64,000 bases of DNA from an uncultured Planctomycetales bacterium (GCA_964583975.1 CAZOXU010000002.1:155709-219708), one strand, 5' to 3'; positions 40,075 to 53,252 are shown, numbered from the stretch's first letter. Numbers and translations are program-made. The notes: generated from the sequence alone by a model not told the origin.

Positions 40075-41790
40075 CTATTCCCACTCAATGGTAGCTGGCG
40101 GCTTGGAAGAAATATCGTAAACAACGCGGTTAACACCTTTAACCTCATTGATAATACGATTCGAAATTTTTCCTAATAGATCATGTGGAAGATGAGCCCA
40201 ATCTGCTGTCATCCCATCAATGCTATTGACACAACGAACGGCGATAACATTTTCATAGGTACGATTATCACCCATGACACCGACCGTTTTAATGGGAAGC
40301 AATACAGCAAAAGATTGCCAAAGCTCATGATAAAGACCTGCTTTTTTAATTTCATCAAGGACACGCTCATCAGCTTCGCGTAATAATTCAACTCTTTCCT
40401 TAGTAACTTCTCCGATGACACGAATGGCTAAGCCCGGCCCAGGAAATGGCTGTCTTTTTAAAATGGATTCTGGCATTAACAGGGCCTTACCAATTAAACG
40501 GACCTCATCCTTAAACAATTCACGTAAAGGTTCAACCAACTTAAACTTCATGTCCTTAGGTAAACCACCAACATTATGATGACTCTTAATAACAGCGGTT
40601 GGGCCACCATGAGCGGCTACTGATTCGATGACATCAGGATATAAAGTCCCTTGACCCAAAAATTCTACATTTTTAATTCTCTTAGCTGAATCTTGAAAGA
40701 CCCTCACAAATTCATCACCAATAATCTTACGTTTTTGTTCTGGATCTTCAACACCCTTTAAACGATCTAAAAATCGTTTTTGAGCATCAACGACAGCTAA
40801 ATTCATTTTAAAGTTACCTTTAAAAGTTCTTTGTACGGAAGAAGCTTCGTTATGACGTAAAAGCCCATTATCAACAAAGATACAATACAATTTATTACCA
40901 ATAGCTTTATGAAGTAAAAGAGCTGCCACGGAAGAATCAACCCCACCGCTTAAGCCTAATACAACCTTTTTACCACCAACTAATTCTTTAATTTGTTTAA
41001 CCGATGCATCAATAAAACGATCCATGGTCCATCGAGGCAAACAACCGCAGATGGTATAAGCAAAGTTCTGTAAAATCTGTAACCCTCTTTGGGTATGAAC
41101 AACTTCAGGATGAAATTGCACGCCCCAGATTCTTTTAGCGCGATTACCAATTGCAGCGTTAGCCGCATTTAATGTATGTGCATTACGAGTAAATCCTGGT
41201 GGTGGAGTTGTAATTTCATCTCCATGACTCATCCAGCATGTCAAATTGGTCGAAAGATTAGCAAAAAGATCTCTATTGTTATCAATAAAGAGTTCTGCCT
41301 TACCATATTCACGGTCCTTAGCCTTACCCACCTTACCACCCAACATATGGGTTAAAACCTGCATTCCATAACAAACACCTAAAATAGGAATACCTAACTT
41401 AAAGATTTCTGCTGATGGTAATGGAGCATTTTTATCATAAACACTTAACGGTCCACCCGAAAGAATTATTCCTTTAGGTTGGATGGCTTGAATTTCTTGA
41501 GCTGAAATATTATAAGGAACGATTTGGCTAAAAACCTTGCTTTCTCGTATACGGCGAGCTATCAACTGAGTATATTGAGAACCAAAATCAAAAATTAAAA
41601 TAATATCTCTACTTTTTTGTTTTTTGATTTCAATAGGGATAATTTTGGAAGACGAACGAAGCTTAATAGGCTTCATAAGACCATGAACAGATTTCTTCTT
41701 TATGGTCTTTTTATTGTTTCTATTCTTGAAAACCTTTTTAACAGCTTTATTTGCTGGTTTCTGTTTAAGAACCTTCTTAGCCATGAACAA
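40075..41790 (-). CDS. guaA: GMP synthase (glutamine-hydrolysing) with ~55-aa lysine-rich N-terminal extension
   Basis: Class I glutamine amidotransferase (GAT) domain and ATP-PPase domain (SGGVDSSV, C-terminal dimerisation). The canonical N-terminus [20 protein letters not shown] begins ~55 aa into the ORF. An alternative start MKPIKL lies at 41676. Confidence 0.85.
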   Translation of the reverse strand: MFMAKKVLKQKPANKAVKKVFKNRNNKKTIKKKSVHGLMKPIKLRSSSKIIPIEIKKQKSRDIILIFDFGSQYTQLIARRIRESKVFSQIVPYNISAQEIQAIQPKGIILSGGPLSVYDKNAPLPSAEIFKLGIPILGVCYGMQVLTHMLGGKVGKAKDREYGKAELFIDNNRDLFANLSTNLTCWMSHGDEITTPPPGFTRNAHTLNAANAAIGNRAKRIWGVQFHPEVVHTQRGLQILQNFAYTICGCLPRWTMDRFIDASVKQIKELVGGKKVVLGLSGGVDSSVAALLLHKAIGNKLYCIFVDNGLLRHNEASSVQRTFKGNFKMNLAVVDAQKRFLDRLKGVEDPEQKRKIIGDEFVRVFQDSAKRIKNVEFLGQGTLYPDVIESVAAHGGPTAVIKSHHNVGGLPKDMKFKLVEPLRELFKDEVRLIGKALLMPESILKRQPFPGPGLAIRVIGEVTKERVELLREADERVLDEIKKAGLYHELWQSFAVLLPIKTVGVMGDNRTYENVIAVRCVNSIDGMTADWAHLPHDLLGKISNRIINEVKGVNRVVYDISSKPPATIEWE

Positions 41791-41812
41791 TCGTCTCCTT
41801 TTACCCTACCTG

Positions 41813-42982
41813 TTATTTACCCATTCCAACTCGTTGACCAATTTGAAAGACTTTTCCTTCAGTTTGGATGGAAGGGGCTAAAATCATTTCTACATCATGC
41901 ATTTCACTGATGTTTCTGGCTCCCAAAGAACCCATAGACGTTTTTAAAGCGCCAACCAAATTTTGAGATCCATCATCAACCTTTGCAGGACCCAACAAAA
42001 TTTCCTTAAGTGTACCACTTACACCAACACGAATTCTTGTTCCTCGAGGTAAATTAGAATGTGAAGTTGCCATTCCCCAGTGATAACCATGACCAGGAGC
42101 TTCTTGGGCTTTAGCAAAGGCAGAACCGACCATGACCGCATCAGAACCCGCTGCAAAAGCTTTACAAATCTCTCCTCCAATGCGCATCCCACCATCTGTA
42201 ATAATAGAAACATACTTACCACGACGTTTGAAATAGTAATCACGAGCAGCAGCACAATCCACTGTTGCTGTTATTTGAGGAACACCTATTCCTAAAACCC
42301 CGCGTGAAGTACAGGCTGCTCCGGGGCCAATTCCAACTAAGATGGCTGAAGCTCCAACTTCCATAATTTCAAGGGCCATGTCATAGGTAACTACATTACC
42401 CACAATAATAGGGATCTTGGCTTTACTACAGAATTTCTCTACATCTAAAATTTTATATTCTTTGGCAATGTGACGGACCGTAGCAACGGTTGATTGAACG
42501 ATAAAGAAATCCACCCCCGCTTCTTTAGCTACATTATAGAAATGTTCAGCATTTTGAGGGATGCAGCTGACAATAGCAGGAACCTTGCCCTTTTTAATCT
42601 CTTCAATACGTCGGGCAATTAATTTATCTTTAACTGGAAACTTCTTTCCATCGTATAGACTTTGAACGAGTTTTGTAGCCTCCTCAGGTGAGGCGCTAGC
42701 GATTTGATTGAGGATTTCTTTAGGATTATCGTAGCGTGTTTGAATACCATCTAAATTAAGGACAGCTAAACCACCTAATTTTCCCATGGCAATAGCAAAA
42801 TCGACATCCACAACACCATCCATCGAAGCTGCCACAATGGGTACATCAAATGTATGTTTACCTAGGGTAAAACTAGTATCTACTTCATTGGGATTAACAG
42901 TTACCGTGCCTGGAACCAGTGCTACTTCATCAAAACCGTAACATCTGCGAGCTCTGCGGCCAATTCCAATCCAGTCAGCCAT
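41813..42982 (-). CDS. guaB: IMP dehydrogenase family protein lacking CBS subdomain
   Basis: 389 aa. Catalytic-loop GIGPGAACTSR (compare GIGPGSICTTR) and GG.RIGGEI phosphate-binding motif. Adjacent to guaA. Confidence 0.7.
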   Translation of the reverse strand: MADWIGIGRRARRCYGFDEVALVPGTVTVNPNEVDTSFTLGKHTFDVPIVAASMDGVVDVDFAIAMGKLGGLAVLNLDGIQTRYDNPKEILNQIASASPEEATKLVQSLYDGKKFPVKDKLIARRIEEIKKGKVPAIVSCIPQNAEHFYNVAKEAGVDFFIVQSTVATVRHIAKEYKILDVEKFCSKAKIPIIVGNVVTYDMALEIMEVGASAILVGIGPGAACTSRGVLGIGVPQITATVDCAAARDYYFKRRGKYVSIITDGGMRIGGEICKAFAAGSDAVMVGSAFAKAQEAPGHGYHWGMATSHSNLPRGTRIRVGVSGTLKEILLGPAKVDDGSQNLVGALKTSMGSLGARNISEMHDVEMILAPSIQTEGKVFQIGQRVGMGK

Positions 42983-43105
42983 GTTCGCAACCTCCGTTTT
43001 TTCAATAGTTTATGACTTAAATACGAGTAGTTACAACTAAATTTGAAGCGCGATTATACCAAATCCTGAGCTTCATTGTCAATACAAATATTAGTTGCGA
43101 GAGAT

Positions 43106-43519
43106 TTACTTCTGAGGACAAGAAAGAATATTGTTACAACGATTCTTCATAGAGTCGGATGGTTTATTTAAAATATTTTCAATCTTTTTCAAAAACTCTT
43201 CTCTTTGGATCGGCTTAAGAATAACTCCGTCTACAGGAAGATTTGCAAATGTTAATTCCAAGTCCATACGGCCAGTAACCACCAATACCGGATACCTAGG
43301 TTTTCCTCGAAGAGTACAAATTTCTTCATAGAACCCAACTCCACTCATGCGAGGCATACTGACATCCATTATAATTAAATCTGGCTCCATATCCTTTAAT
43401 TTCTCTAACCCTTCTATACCATCACGAGCAAGTATGACATCATAACCTTTTGATATGAGAAATCGTGTATATAAGATTCCTACTTCGTCATCTTCTAGAA
43501 TTAGTATTTTCTTCTTCAT
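43106..43519 (-). CDS. single-domain response regulator (CheY-like receiver)
   Basis: 137 aa. D-D-x(n)-D-x(n)-K pattern (ILILEDDE ... IIMDVSMPRMSG ... ILKP). Confidence 0.75.
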   Translation of the reverse strand: MKKKILILEDDEVGILYTRFLISKGYDVILARDGIEGLEKLKDMEPDLIIMDVSMPRMSGVGFYEEICTLRGKPRYPVLVVTGRMDLELTFANLPVDGVILKPIQREEFLKKIENILNKPSDSMKNRCNNILSCPQK

Positions 43520-43720
43520 ATCTTCTTTCTCCTATACTCCCAGGAGCTTCCTGCCCCTATGTTTCAAGTATGTCATGTGTCAAAGAAAATATCAGCCTAT
43601 TTTGACCAAAATGAGAAAACGCTATTCTACTAAAGAACGTATTTTACATAAGTTATTTGATATCAATATCTTATATAAATAGAAGAAAGGATGGAAAATT
43701 TTTATTTAGGAAAATAATGC

Positions 43721-43760
43721 AAAAAAAATTACCCCCACGACTTGACAGTCGTGAGGGTAA
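43721..43760 (-). terminator. intrinsic terminator downstream of groEL
   Basis: Minus-strand hairpin UUACCCUCACGAC-UGUCAA-GUCGUGGGGGUAA followed by U8. Confidence 0.75.
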
Positions 43761-43790
43761 TTTCTTAAATCGCCTACTTTGCGAAACGGA

Positions 43791-45449
<1,659 letters not shown>

Positions 45450-45463
45450 TTAAATTTCAAATG

Positions 45464-45754
45464 TTATTTAACGATAGCTAGAATATCTTCTTCTTTCATA
45501 ATCAAAAGCTCTTCACCATCTTTTGTTGTGATCTCGGTACCAGAATACTTACCATATAATACGCGATCACCAACCTTAACTTCCGGAGCTTGAACGCTAC
45601 CGCCATCTAAAACTTTTCCTTTACCAACAGCTACAACCTTGCCTTCTTGGGGCTTTTCTTTGGCTGTATCAGGCAGAACGATTCCACCCTTGGTTACTTC
45701 TTGCGCTTCAAGCGCCTTGACCACAATGCGGTCACCTAATGGTTGTATTGCCAT
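45464..45754 (-). CDS. groES: co-chaperonin GroES
   Basis: 96 aa. [11 protein letters not shown] ... [13 protein letters not shown]. Confidence 0.95.
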   Translation of the reverse strand: MAIQPLGDRIVVKALEAQEVTKGGIVLPDTAKEKPQEGKVVAVGKGKVLDGGSVQAPEVKVGDRVLYGKYSGTEITTKDGEELLIMKEEDILAIVK

Positions 45755-45793
45755 AACTTCCCTCCTTGTTTATATAAGTTTGTTAAGTTAAAA

Positions 45794-45820
45794 TTAGCAG
45801 TTATAAATCTAGAGTGCTAA
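45794..45820 (-). promoter_or_regulatory. CIRCE element 1 (HrcA operator) in groES leader
   Basis: TTAGCAGTT-N9-GAGTGCTAA. Right half is a perfect CIRCE consensus, left half has 2 mismatches. Sits between the putative TTGACA promoter and the AAGGAGG RBS. Confidence 0.75.
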
Positions 45821-45854
45821 CTTTACACAAAGAAAAAAAATTGTCAAGAAAAAA

Positions 45855-45881
45855 TTAGCGGTCTTAAACTTAGAGTGCTAA
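45855..45881 (-). promoter_or_regulatory. CIRCE element 2 (HrcA operator), overlapping the coaX stop
   Basis: TTAGCGGTC-N9-GAGTGCTAA. Perfect right half. Lies upstream of the -35-like TTGACA (minus strand, 45842-45847). Confidence 0.7.
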
Positions 45882-46619
45882 TAGATATAGTCCTTTAAAG
45901 ATCAAATCTTCGTCGATAATGCGGATTTTAGGAGAGACAAATTTTTTCATCAACTGAGTATGCCCACCAGTCATAACCACCTTAGGAGCAGCCTTGATTT
46001 GATGAGCTAAAAGATCGATAAACCCCTGACACAAGACTCCGTAGCCATAAAAAATGCCGCTTAAAATACTTTCTTGGGTTGTCTTGCCTATAGGATTTTT
46101 AGGAGCTTTAATATTAATCTCTGGCAGCAAAGCTGTTTTCAAGAACAACGATTCTGCTGACAGCCGGATTCCTGGAACGATAGCCCCTCCTAAATATTCT
46201 CCTTTTTTGGAGACCACATCAAAAGTAATGGCTGTTCCCAAATCCACCACAATCAAAGGCTTACCATAAAGTTTTAAAGCAGCGTAAGCGCCGACCAATC
46301 TGTCCTGCCCTACCTGTGAAGGCTTGGTGTAACAATTCTTCATGGGGACAATAATGTCACGACCGATCACCAGACACTCAATCTTAAGAATCTTCTCGAT
46401 TAGATGTTCAATTAATTTTGTAGTTTGAGGAACAACCGAACAGATCACCACCTTTTTACAGTCATACTCCTTCTTTAATAGCCGATTCAAATTCTTAATG
46501 AAGAAAGGTTTCAACAAACTCAAGCTATCAGTTGTATCCATCCTAAGAGACTCAATAACCTTCCCCTTTTTAACAATACCCATCGCAATGGTTGTATTTC
46601 CTATATCAATGGTTAACAT
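45870..46619 (-). CDS. coaX: type III pantothenate kinase
   Basis: 249 aa. MLTIDIGNTTIAMGIV N-terminus and the ASKHA fold. Confidence 0.85.
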   Translation of the reverse strand: MLTIDIGNTTIAMGIVKKGKVIESLRMDTTDSLSLLKPFFIKNLNRLLKKEYDCKKVVICSVVPQTTKLIEHLIEKILKIECLVIGRDIIVPMKNCYTKPSQVGQDRLVGAYAALKLYGKPLIVVDLGTAITFDVVSKKGEYLGGAIVPGIRLSAESLFLKTALLPEINIKAPKNPIGKTTQESILSGIFYGYGVLCQGFIDLLAHQIKAAPKVVMTGGHTQLMKKFVSPKIRIIDEDLIFKGLYLLAL

Positions 46620-48616
46620 GACCCATCTCCTTCCGCCAAAGGCGGATCAGCCTTTGGCTGACGAAGTTCCTGAATTTTATCCCTGATCTTAGCTGCTTTT
46701 TCAAATTCTAAGTTTCTGGCTGCTAAATCCATTTGTCGCTCTAACTCATCAACATAATTAGTCAATTCGTATTCTTCTTCAGACTGACCTGTGACTGCTC
46801 GTGCAAGGTCTTGGGCTTCTGCAAACTCTTCAATTCCAGTCTTAATTGCTCTTTCAATCGTCTTAGGCGTTATCCCATGCTTGGTGTTATATTCAATCTG
46901 AATCTTACGGCGACGATCGGATTCTGACATCATGGCCTTCATGGCTGGTGAAATCGTATCGGCATACATAATAACACGACCATTCACATTACGAGCCGCC
47001 CGCCCAGATGTTTGGATCAAAGAAGATTGGGAACGTAAAAATCCCTGCTTATCCGCGTCGAATATAGCAACTAAACTCACCTCAGGCAAGTCCAAACCTT
47101 CGCGTAACAGATTGACCCCTACTAGACAATCAAATTTCTTCAGACGTAAATCTTGTAAAATCTTTGTCCGATCAAAAGTTTCAATGTCCGAATGTAAATA
47201 TTTCACAGCGAGTCCAGCTGCCTGCAAATAATCAGTCAAATCTTCTGACATACGTTTGGTTAAGGTTGTGACCAATACACGTTCTTGAATGGCTGCTCTT
47301 TTCTGAGCTTCTTTAATAAGATCGTCAACTTGCCCTTTAGTCGCTCTTACTTCAATAGGCGGATCAATAATTCCTGTTGGACGGATGATTTGCTCAACAA
47401 TATGGCCTTGGGCTTCTTTTCGCTCATAAGGACTCGGTGTTGCGGAGACATAAATCTTTTGTCCTACAAGGCTTTTAAACTCATGAAACTTTAAAGGCCT
47501 ATTATCTAAACAAGACGGCAAACGAAAACCATGACGAACCAACATATCCTTACGAGAACGATCCCCCTCATACATTCCATTAAGTTGCGGAACCGTAACA
47601 TGACTTTCATCAATAATAGTCACAAAATCCTTTGGAAAGTAATCAATCAAACACGATGGTTTGGATCCTGGTGCGCGGCCAGAAAGAATTCGTGAATAAT
47701 TCTCAACTCCTTTGCATATACCAATTTCTTTAAGCATTTCCATATCGTAACGTGTACGTGATTTCAAACGTTGAGCTTCAACCAACTTACCCTCAGATTC
47801 TAATTGAGCCAATCTTTCATTTAATTCCCTATCAATCTCCACCAATGCTTGAGCTAAAAGTGGCGGAGAAACCAAAAAATGTTTAGCAGGATAAATAAAG
47901 GTTTTTTCAAGCTCAGCAATGACTTCTCCAGAAACTGGGTTAATCTGACGGATTCTTTCAACATCTTGATCAAAAAACTCAATACGAAGCGCATCTTGTC
48001 GATAGGCAGGATAAACCTCAAGAACATCCCCCCGCACCCGCATCTTTCCTCTACTAAATTCATAATCATTACGTTCATATTGAATACCAATTAGTTGCTG
48101 TAAAACTTCATCACGTTCAATACGTTGACCTTTTTTTAACTGGACCATGTAATTTTGATAATCTTCTGGAGAACCCAGATTGTAAATACAAGAAACACTG
48201 GCCACAATGATGACATCACGCCTTGACATTAACGAAGTTGTTGCAGCTAAACGTAAACGATCGAGACGATCGTTAATCGAAGAATCTTTTTCAATATAAA
48301 CATCAGTCGATGGAATATACGCTTCTGGCTGGTAGTAATCATAGTAACTAACGAAATACTCAACAGCATTTTGAGGAAAGAACTCTTTTAATTCGCTATA
48401 GAGTTGGGCCGCTAAAGTTTTGTTATGAGAAATCACTAATGTAGGACGATTGACAGCTGCAATCACATTGGCAACAGTAAAGGTTTTTCCACTTCCCGTA
48501 ACACCTAATAGCACTTGCGCATCAACACCATCATTGAGCCCTTTGGTTAGAACTGCGATGGCATTTTGCTGGTCTGAAACAGGCTTAAATGAACTTTTAA
48601 GATTAAAATTTTCCAC
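46613..48616 (-). CDS. uvrB: excinuclease ABC subunit B
   Basis: 667 aa. GVTGSGKTFT Walker A, helicase motifs, C-terminal UVR domain. Confidence 0.95.
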   Translation of the reverse strand: MENFNLKSSFKPVSDQQNAIAVLTKGLNDGVDAQVLLGVTGSGKTFTVANVIAAVNRPTLVISHNKTLAAQLYSELKEFFPQNAVEYFVSYYDYYQPEAYIPSTDVYIEKDSSINDRLDRLRLAATTSLMSRRDVIIVASVSCIYNLGSPEDYQNYMVQLKKGQRIERDEVLQQLIGIQYERNDYEFSRGKMRVRGDVLEVYPAYRQDALRIEFFDQDVERIRQINPVSGEVIAELEKTFIYPAKHFLVSPPLLAQALVEIDRELNERLAQLESEGKLVEAQRLKSRTRYDMEMLKEIGICKGVENYSRILSGRAPGSKPSCLIDYFPKDFVTIIDESHVTVPQLNGMYEGDRSRKDMLVRHGFRLPSCLDNRPLKFHEFKSLVGQKIYVSATPSPYERKEAQGHIVEQIIRPTGIIDPPIEVRATKGQVDDLIKEAQKRAAIQERVLVTTLTKRMSEDLTDYLQAAGLAVKYLHSDIETFDRTKILQDLRLKKFDCLVGVNLLREGLDLPEVSLVAIFDADKQGFLRSQSSLIQTSGRAARNVNGRVIMYADTISPAMKAMMSESDRRRKIQIEYNTKHGITPKTIERAIKTGIEEFAEAQDLARAVTGQSEEEYELTNYVDELERQMDLAARNLEFEKAAKIRDKIQELRQPKADPPLAEGDGSC

Positions 48617-48620
48617 AAAA

Positions 48621-49070
48621 TTATTTGTTTTCTAACTCTTTTTGAATTTTGTCTAAAACTCGATTGGCAAGTTTGTCATTACGCAGACCTGTTGTTGCTG
48701 GCGAAACAGCCTCATAGCGGATTTCAATTTCTGCCCCATCAGCCAGCGGATGAATAAATACATTTAGATGGGTATAGGTAGAGTAAATAATCTTTGAATC
48801 ACGTTTAGGCTTGATCACAAAAAGAATATCATTGCTTTGATCTTCGCCCCCTGAGCGACGTTCATAAACAGAAGGGTTAACCTGGGATTGAACTTCCCAA
48901 CCTTCTTCTGATAAAACCAACTTAGTAGCTTCAATAATCCTGCCGTATTCTCCAGGAATTTTCCTAGTATAAGGATGACTTGCTTTAATGTAGTCTGGAA
49001 GATGTCCTGATGCACATCCACCAAGCAAACATAAAATAATTCCCAAGCATAATATTTGAATTTTTAGCAT
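48621..49070 (-). CDS. lipoprotein, hypothetical
   Basis: Lipobox LLGGC after the signal peptide. 149 aa, no family recognised. Confidence 0.55.
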   Translation of the reverse strand: MLKIQILCLGIILCLLGGCASGHLPDYIKASHPYTRKIPGEYGRIIEATKLVLSEEGWEVQSQVNPSVYERRSGGEDQSNDILFVIKPKRDSKIIYSTYTHLNVFIHPLADGAEIEIRYEAVSPATTGLRNDKLANRVLDKIQKELENK

Positions 49071-49366
49071 ATTTTGCCGTGCATATATGGACGACTCTTG
49101 TTTTTTTCTGCTTTTTTAGCAATTTCTGCTTCGATATCAATTCCCAATCCACCGCAAAGATCAAATAAACGAATAAATGTATCAGCTAATTCTTCCCTGA
49201 AATTAGCATCATCTTTATGACGATATCCTTCCATAGCTTCTGCAAGCTCAGTCACGATCAACATCAAAGCTTCTCCAACATTACGTTCCTTGTTCCAAAA
49301 ACCTTTTTCCTTAGCAATACTATGACAAAGTTCACACCACTGTTGAATTGTTAAATCCTTACTCAT
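49064..49366 (-). CDS. MazG-like nucleotide pyrophosphohydrolase domain protein
   Basis: 100 aa. EALMLIVTELAEAMEGYR ... ELADTFIRLFDL is the all-alpha MazG/HisE EExxE pattern. Confidence 0.6.
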   Translation of the reverse strand: MSKDLTIQQWCELCHSIAKEKGFWNKERNVGEALMLIVTELAEAMEGYRHKDDANFREELADTFIRLFDLCGGLGIDIEAEIAKKAEKNKSRPYMHGKIC

Positions 49367-49393
49367 TGTTCTCTCCTAAATGAGTCCCGTTAC

Positions 49394-50320
49394 TTAACGG
49401 GACGAATTTACTCCGAGGCCTTTTGCCGAGGAGCTTCCATTAATAATTGCATCTGAAATGTTGATTACATCCTTCATAGCTGCCACATCGTGAACTCTAA
49501 CTATATCTGCCCCGGCCGCAATAGCCAAGCTCACTGCTGCTGCAGTTCCCATCAACCTTTCTTCAACAGGTTTATCCGTAATTTTACCAATGAAAGATTT
49601 ACGAGAAGGTCCTATCAGAATAGGACAAGCCAAACTATTTAACTGATTTAAATTCTTTAGGATTACTAAATTCTGATCAGCTGTCTTGGCAAAACCAAGC
49701 CCTGGATCGATGATGATTCTATTCTTTTTTATGCCCATTTCCAAACATTTTTCTATGGAAGGCTTCAACTCCTGCATAATCTCTTTTAAAATATTCTTAT
49801 AATGAATTTTCTTTTGCATGGTTTTTGAATCACCGCGCATATGCATCAAGACAATGGCAGCATCGCAGTCTCGCACCATTTTCAATAAAGATTTATCTAG
49901 CTGAGCGCCATGAATATTATTAATAATAGATGCTCCTGCATCCAAAGCAGCTTGAGCGACTTGTGGCTTATAAGTATCTACCGAAATAGGAACTTTCACT
50001 TTTTCAACCAACCTTTTTAAGGTTGGTATCAAACGATTAAGCTCTTCTTTTACAGAAATAGAGACAGCACCAGGCCGTGAAGATTCAGCTCCTAGATCAA
50101 GAATATCAGCTCCTTGAGCAATTAACTGTTGGGCAAAACGAATATGATGAATAATTTTATTACTGGAAGACAAACGTCCGTCTCGACTGAACGAATCAGG
50201 GGTTAAATTAACAATTCCCATTAAAAGCGTCGTCGCCCCCAACTTCAGAGTGTGTTGACGAGCTTTAAGAATCCTTCTAGGACGTTGGATTGACAGTGCC
50301 GTTAGTGGCCGGCTTATCAT
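49394..50320 (-). CDS. folP: dihydropteroate synthase
   Basis: MGIVNLTPDSFSRDG pterin-binding signature. The start is uncertain and may be a non-ATG codon downstream. The annotated ATG overlaps ftsH by 44 nt. Confidence 0.8.
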   Translation of the reverse strand: MISRPLTALSIQRPRRILKARQHTLKLGATTLLMGIVNLTPDSFSRDGRLSSSNKIIHHIRFAQQLIAQGADILDLGAESSRPGAVSISVKEELNRLIPTLKRLVEKVKVPISVDTYKPQVAQAALDAGASIINNIHGAQLDKSLLKMVRDCDAAIVLMHMRGDSKTMQKKIHYKNILKEIMQELKPSIEKCLEMGIKKNRIIIDPGLGFAKTADQNLVILKNLNQLNSLACPILIGPSRKSFIGKITDKPVEERLMGTAAAVSLAIAAGADIVRVHDVAAMKDVINISDAIINGSSSAKGLGVNSSR

Positions 50321-52241
50321 GATGCAAGTCGATTTTATGTTCTGGGATATTTAAAAACTGACGCACTTCATCAATATCCAGAGTTTCTTTTTCAATTAAT
50401 CGTTTAGCTAAAAAATCTAATTTGTCTTTATTATCTAACAAAAGCTTCTTGGCCCGAGCATAACATCCATGCACAATATTATGGACTTCTTCATCTATTT
50501 TACGAGCTGTTTCCTCACTATAGTTCTTTTCTTCAAACAAATCACGCCCCAAAAACATTTGCTGACCTTGCTTACCAAAAGCTAATTTATCAAGCTTATC
50601 ACTCATCCCGTAGGCACAGACCATATTTCGGGCAATTTGAGAAACCTTCTGCAAATCATTAGAAACACCGGTGGTGGTGTCATCCATATAAATTTCTTCT
50701 CCCACCATACCGCCTAAAAGGACAACCATAATTCCTTTGAGTTCTTTTTTAGACATATAGTGCTTGTCTTCTTTGGGAGGAGTTAAAGTGTACCCACCAG
50801 CCATACCTCGAGGAATAATCGAAACCTTGGTAAAAGTATCAACCTCTTCAATCAGCATTGATAACAAAGCATGGCCTGCTTCATGATAAGCTGTCATTTC
50901 TTTTTCTTTTTTGGAGGTGACATGACTTTTCTTTTCAGGCCCCATCGTCACCCGTTCAACAGCAGCTAGCATTTCTTCCATACCAACAGTTTCTTTATTG
51001 CGTCGTGCAGCTAAAAGAGCTGCTTCGTTACACACATTAGCCAAATCTGCACCTGAAAAATACACTGTCTGCTGAGCTACCTTACGAAGATTAACATCAG
51101 GACCGATCTTAATTTTTCTAGTATGAACTTTAAGAATCCCTTCACGCCCATTAAGATCAGGTAATCCCACAATGACCTGACGATCAAAACGACCGGGCCG
51201 TAAAAGAGCTGGATCAAGCGTATCTGGACGATTGGTTGCAGCAATCAGAATTAAACCACTAACAGTATTAAAACCATCCATCTCAACTAAAAGCGCATTG
51301 AGAGTCTGTTCACGTTCGTCATTTCCGCCACCAATGCCAGCAAAACGCTGACGACCAACTGCATCAATTTCATCAATAAAAATAATACAGCCTTTACCTG
51401 AAGTTTTAGCGGCTTTACGTCCCTGCTCAAATAAATCACGCACACGTGAAGCCCCAACCCCTACAAACATTTCCACGAAATCTGAACCACTCAAAGAGAA
51501 AAATGGAACTCCCGCCTCACCAGCCACAGCCTTAGCTAAAAGAGTCTTTCCTGTTCCCGGAGGCCCCACCAATAAAACACCTTTAGGGATTTTTCCCCCT
51601 AAACGTTCAAATTTCTTAGGGTCTTTAAGGAATTCAATAACTTCCTGCAATTCTTCTTTGGCTTCATCCACACCAGCCACATCTGTAAACATGACCTGAC
51701 CACCGCCACCCAATTGAGCGCGAGACTTTCCGAAAGAAAAAAGCTTATTTCCCATCTGGCTTCCACGATTCGAAACAAACCAAATCAAAGCAAAAATAGC
51801 CAAAAATGGAATCAAAGAAGAAAGCAACTGCCCCCAGAAAAGCTCTGGAGGTACAACTTTAAAATCTACAACATTTTCTCGTATAGTTTTGACTAATTCT
51901 TCATCATGTTGAGGAATATTGAGATGAAATTCAGTTTGATCAGCATTGACACCCCTAATTGAATTTTCTGGCCCTTCAGTTAGCTCAATCTTTTTGATTC
52001 GATGGGTTGTGGCATTATCTTTAATAATATTGAAGAATTCACTGTAAGTGATTTCTTTTTGATTTTTAAGCGTATATTTACTGTCTTGGATAGCCAGAAA
52101 AACAAAAACCAAAACTAAAATAATCCAAAACCAAAAATTTCCAGCGGGTTTATTACCTCGGGGTGCTTTTTTACCTGTTAAATTTTGCTGCGGCATCAGT
52201 CGCTCCTGCTTTTTATGGATTGAATTTAAAATTATAACCAA
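50277..52241 (-). CDS. ftsH: ATP-dependent zinc metalloprotease FtsH
   Basis: TM N-terminus, AAA module (GPPGTGKT), HEAGHA zinc site. Alternative start MPQQNL at 52196. Confidence 0.95.
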   Translation of the reverse strand: MVIILNSIHKKQERLMPQQNLTGKKAPRGNKPAGNFWFWIILVLVFVFLAIQDSKYTLKNQKEITYSEFFNIIKDNATTHRIKKIELTEGPENSIRGVNADQTEFHLNIPQHDEELVKTIRENVVDFKVVPPELFWGQLLSSLIPFLAIFALIWFVSNRGSQMGNKLFSFGKSRAQLGGGGQVMFTDVAGVDEAKEELQEVIEFLKDPKKFERLGGKIPKGVLLVGPPGTGKTLLAKAVAGEAGVPFFSLSGSDFVEMFVGVGASRVRDLFEQGRKAAKTSGKGCIIFIDEIDAVGRQRFAGIGGGNDEREQTLNALLVEMDGFNTVSGLILIAATNRPDTLDPALLRPGRFDRQVIVGLPDLNGREGILKVHTRKIKIGPDVNLRKVAQQTVYFSGADLANVCNEAALLAARRNKETVGMEEMLAAVERVTMGPEKKSHVTSKKEKEMTAYHEAGHALLSMLIEEVDTFTKVSIIPRGMAGGYTLTPPKEDKHYMSKKELKGIMVVLLGGMVGEEIYMDDTTTGVSNDLQKVSQIARNMVCAYGMSDKLDKLAFGKQGQQMFLGRDLFEEKNYSEETARKIDEEVHNIVHGCYARAKKLLLDNKDKLDFLAKRLIEKETLDIDEVRQFLNIPEHKIDLHHDKPATNGTVNPTS

Positions 52242-52254
52242 AGTAAAAATTAAA

Positions 52255-53244
52255 TCAAGGTAACATTTGCTTTATACCTAGATCATCTTTGGTTTTTCGC
52301 ACAATGATCGCCTTTGGCCAAGCCACCTCTGCGCCTATAGGCCGACTTGAGATTAAATTCTCAACCTCTTGAATATGCTTAAAACTCAGTTGATTTAAAT
52401 CACCAACCAAATATTCAAAAGATAGTCTTAAAAACATTCTTCTCATACTCAGAGGCCACTTAGAAAAAACTTCCAATGACACTCTCACATTCGCCTTGCT
52501 TATTTTAGCATGAGATTGAAACAATTGTTTAGCTTCGCAATAAATATAATCATAATCAGCCTGCGAATTATGTGCGAGATCAATCAGAATCTCCGGAAGA
52601 TTCGAATTATATTCTTTGATCAGAGACGGCAACAACTTAAGTCGAATTTTATTACGCAAATAATGTGTTTGCAAATTAGTTTCATCGACACAAAATTCTA
52701 ACTTTTGCAGCTTTAAATACTGCTCAATCTCTCTACGAGAAATCGATAAAAACGGACGAAGAAATTTGATCCCTTTCATCTCATTTTCTAAGACTATTCC
52801 TCTTAATCCCGAAAGTCCTGTTCCTCTTAAAAGTCTCATAAGCACGGTCTCCGCCAAATCGTTTTGTGTATGAGCCAACACAATAGCAGCGGCCTTCACT
52901 TTTTTGGCAACCTTCAAAAAACACTCAAATCTCCATTGACGAGCTGCATCTTCTGAAACAGATTCAGATGTGGAAAAAAACTTTCGGTGATAAACATACA
53001 GTGGCAAGTTAAGCTTTTTAACAAATTTCCTTACCAACAATTCATCTTTATCAGAATTAGTACGCAAATGATGGTTGCAGTGTACCACACAGATCTTAAT
53101 TCCTAACGCATGCCTGAGTTCATGAAGAACATCTAGTAAGGTTATTGAATCTGCACCTCCAGAGACGCCCACCACCAGAACATCGCCTGTTTTAATTAAA
53201 TGTACTTTATGAATGCTTTGAAGAATTTTCTTGGTTAAATCCAT
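52255..53244 (-). CDS. tilS: tRNA(Ile)-lysidine synthetase
   Basis: PP-loop VGVSGGADS. 329 aa. Confidence 0.85.
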   Translation of the reverse strand: MDLTKKILQSIHKVHLIKTGDVLVVGVSGGADSITLLDVLHELRHALGIKICVVHCNHHLRTNSDKDELLVRKFVKKLNLPLYVYHRKFFSTSESVSEDAARQWRFECFLKVAKKVKAAAIVLAHTQNDLAETVLMRLLRGTGLSGLRGIVLENEMKGIKFLRPFLSISRREIEQYLKLQKLEFCVDETNLQTHYLRNKIRLKLLPSLIKEYNSNLPEILIDLAHNSQADYDYIYCEAKQLFQSHAKISKANVRVSLEVFSKWPLSMRRMFLRLSFEYLVGDLNQLSFKHIQEVENLISSRPIGAEVAWPKAIIVRKTKDDLGIKQMLP

Positions 53245-53252
53245 AGGAAGAA

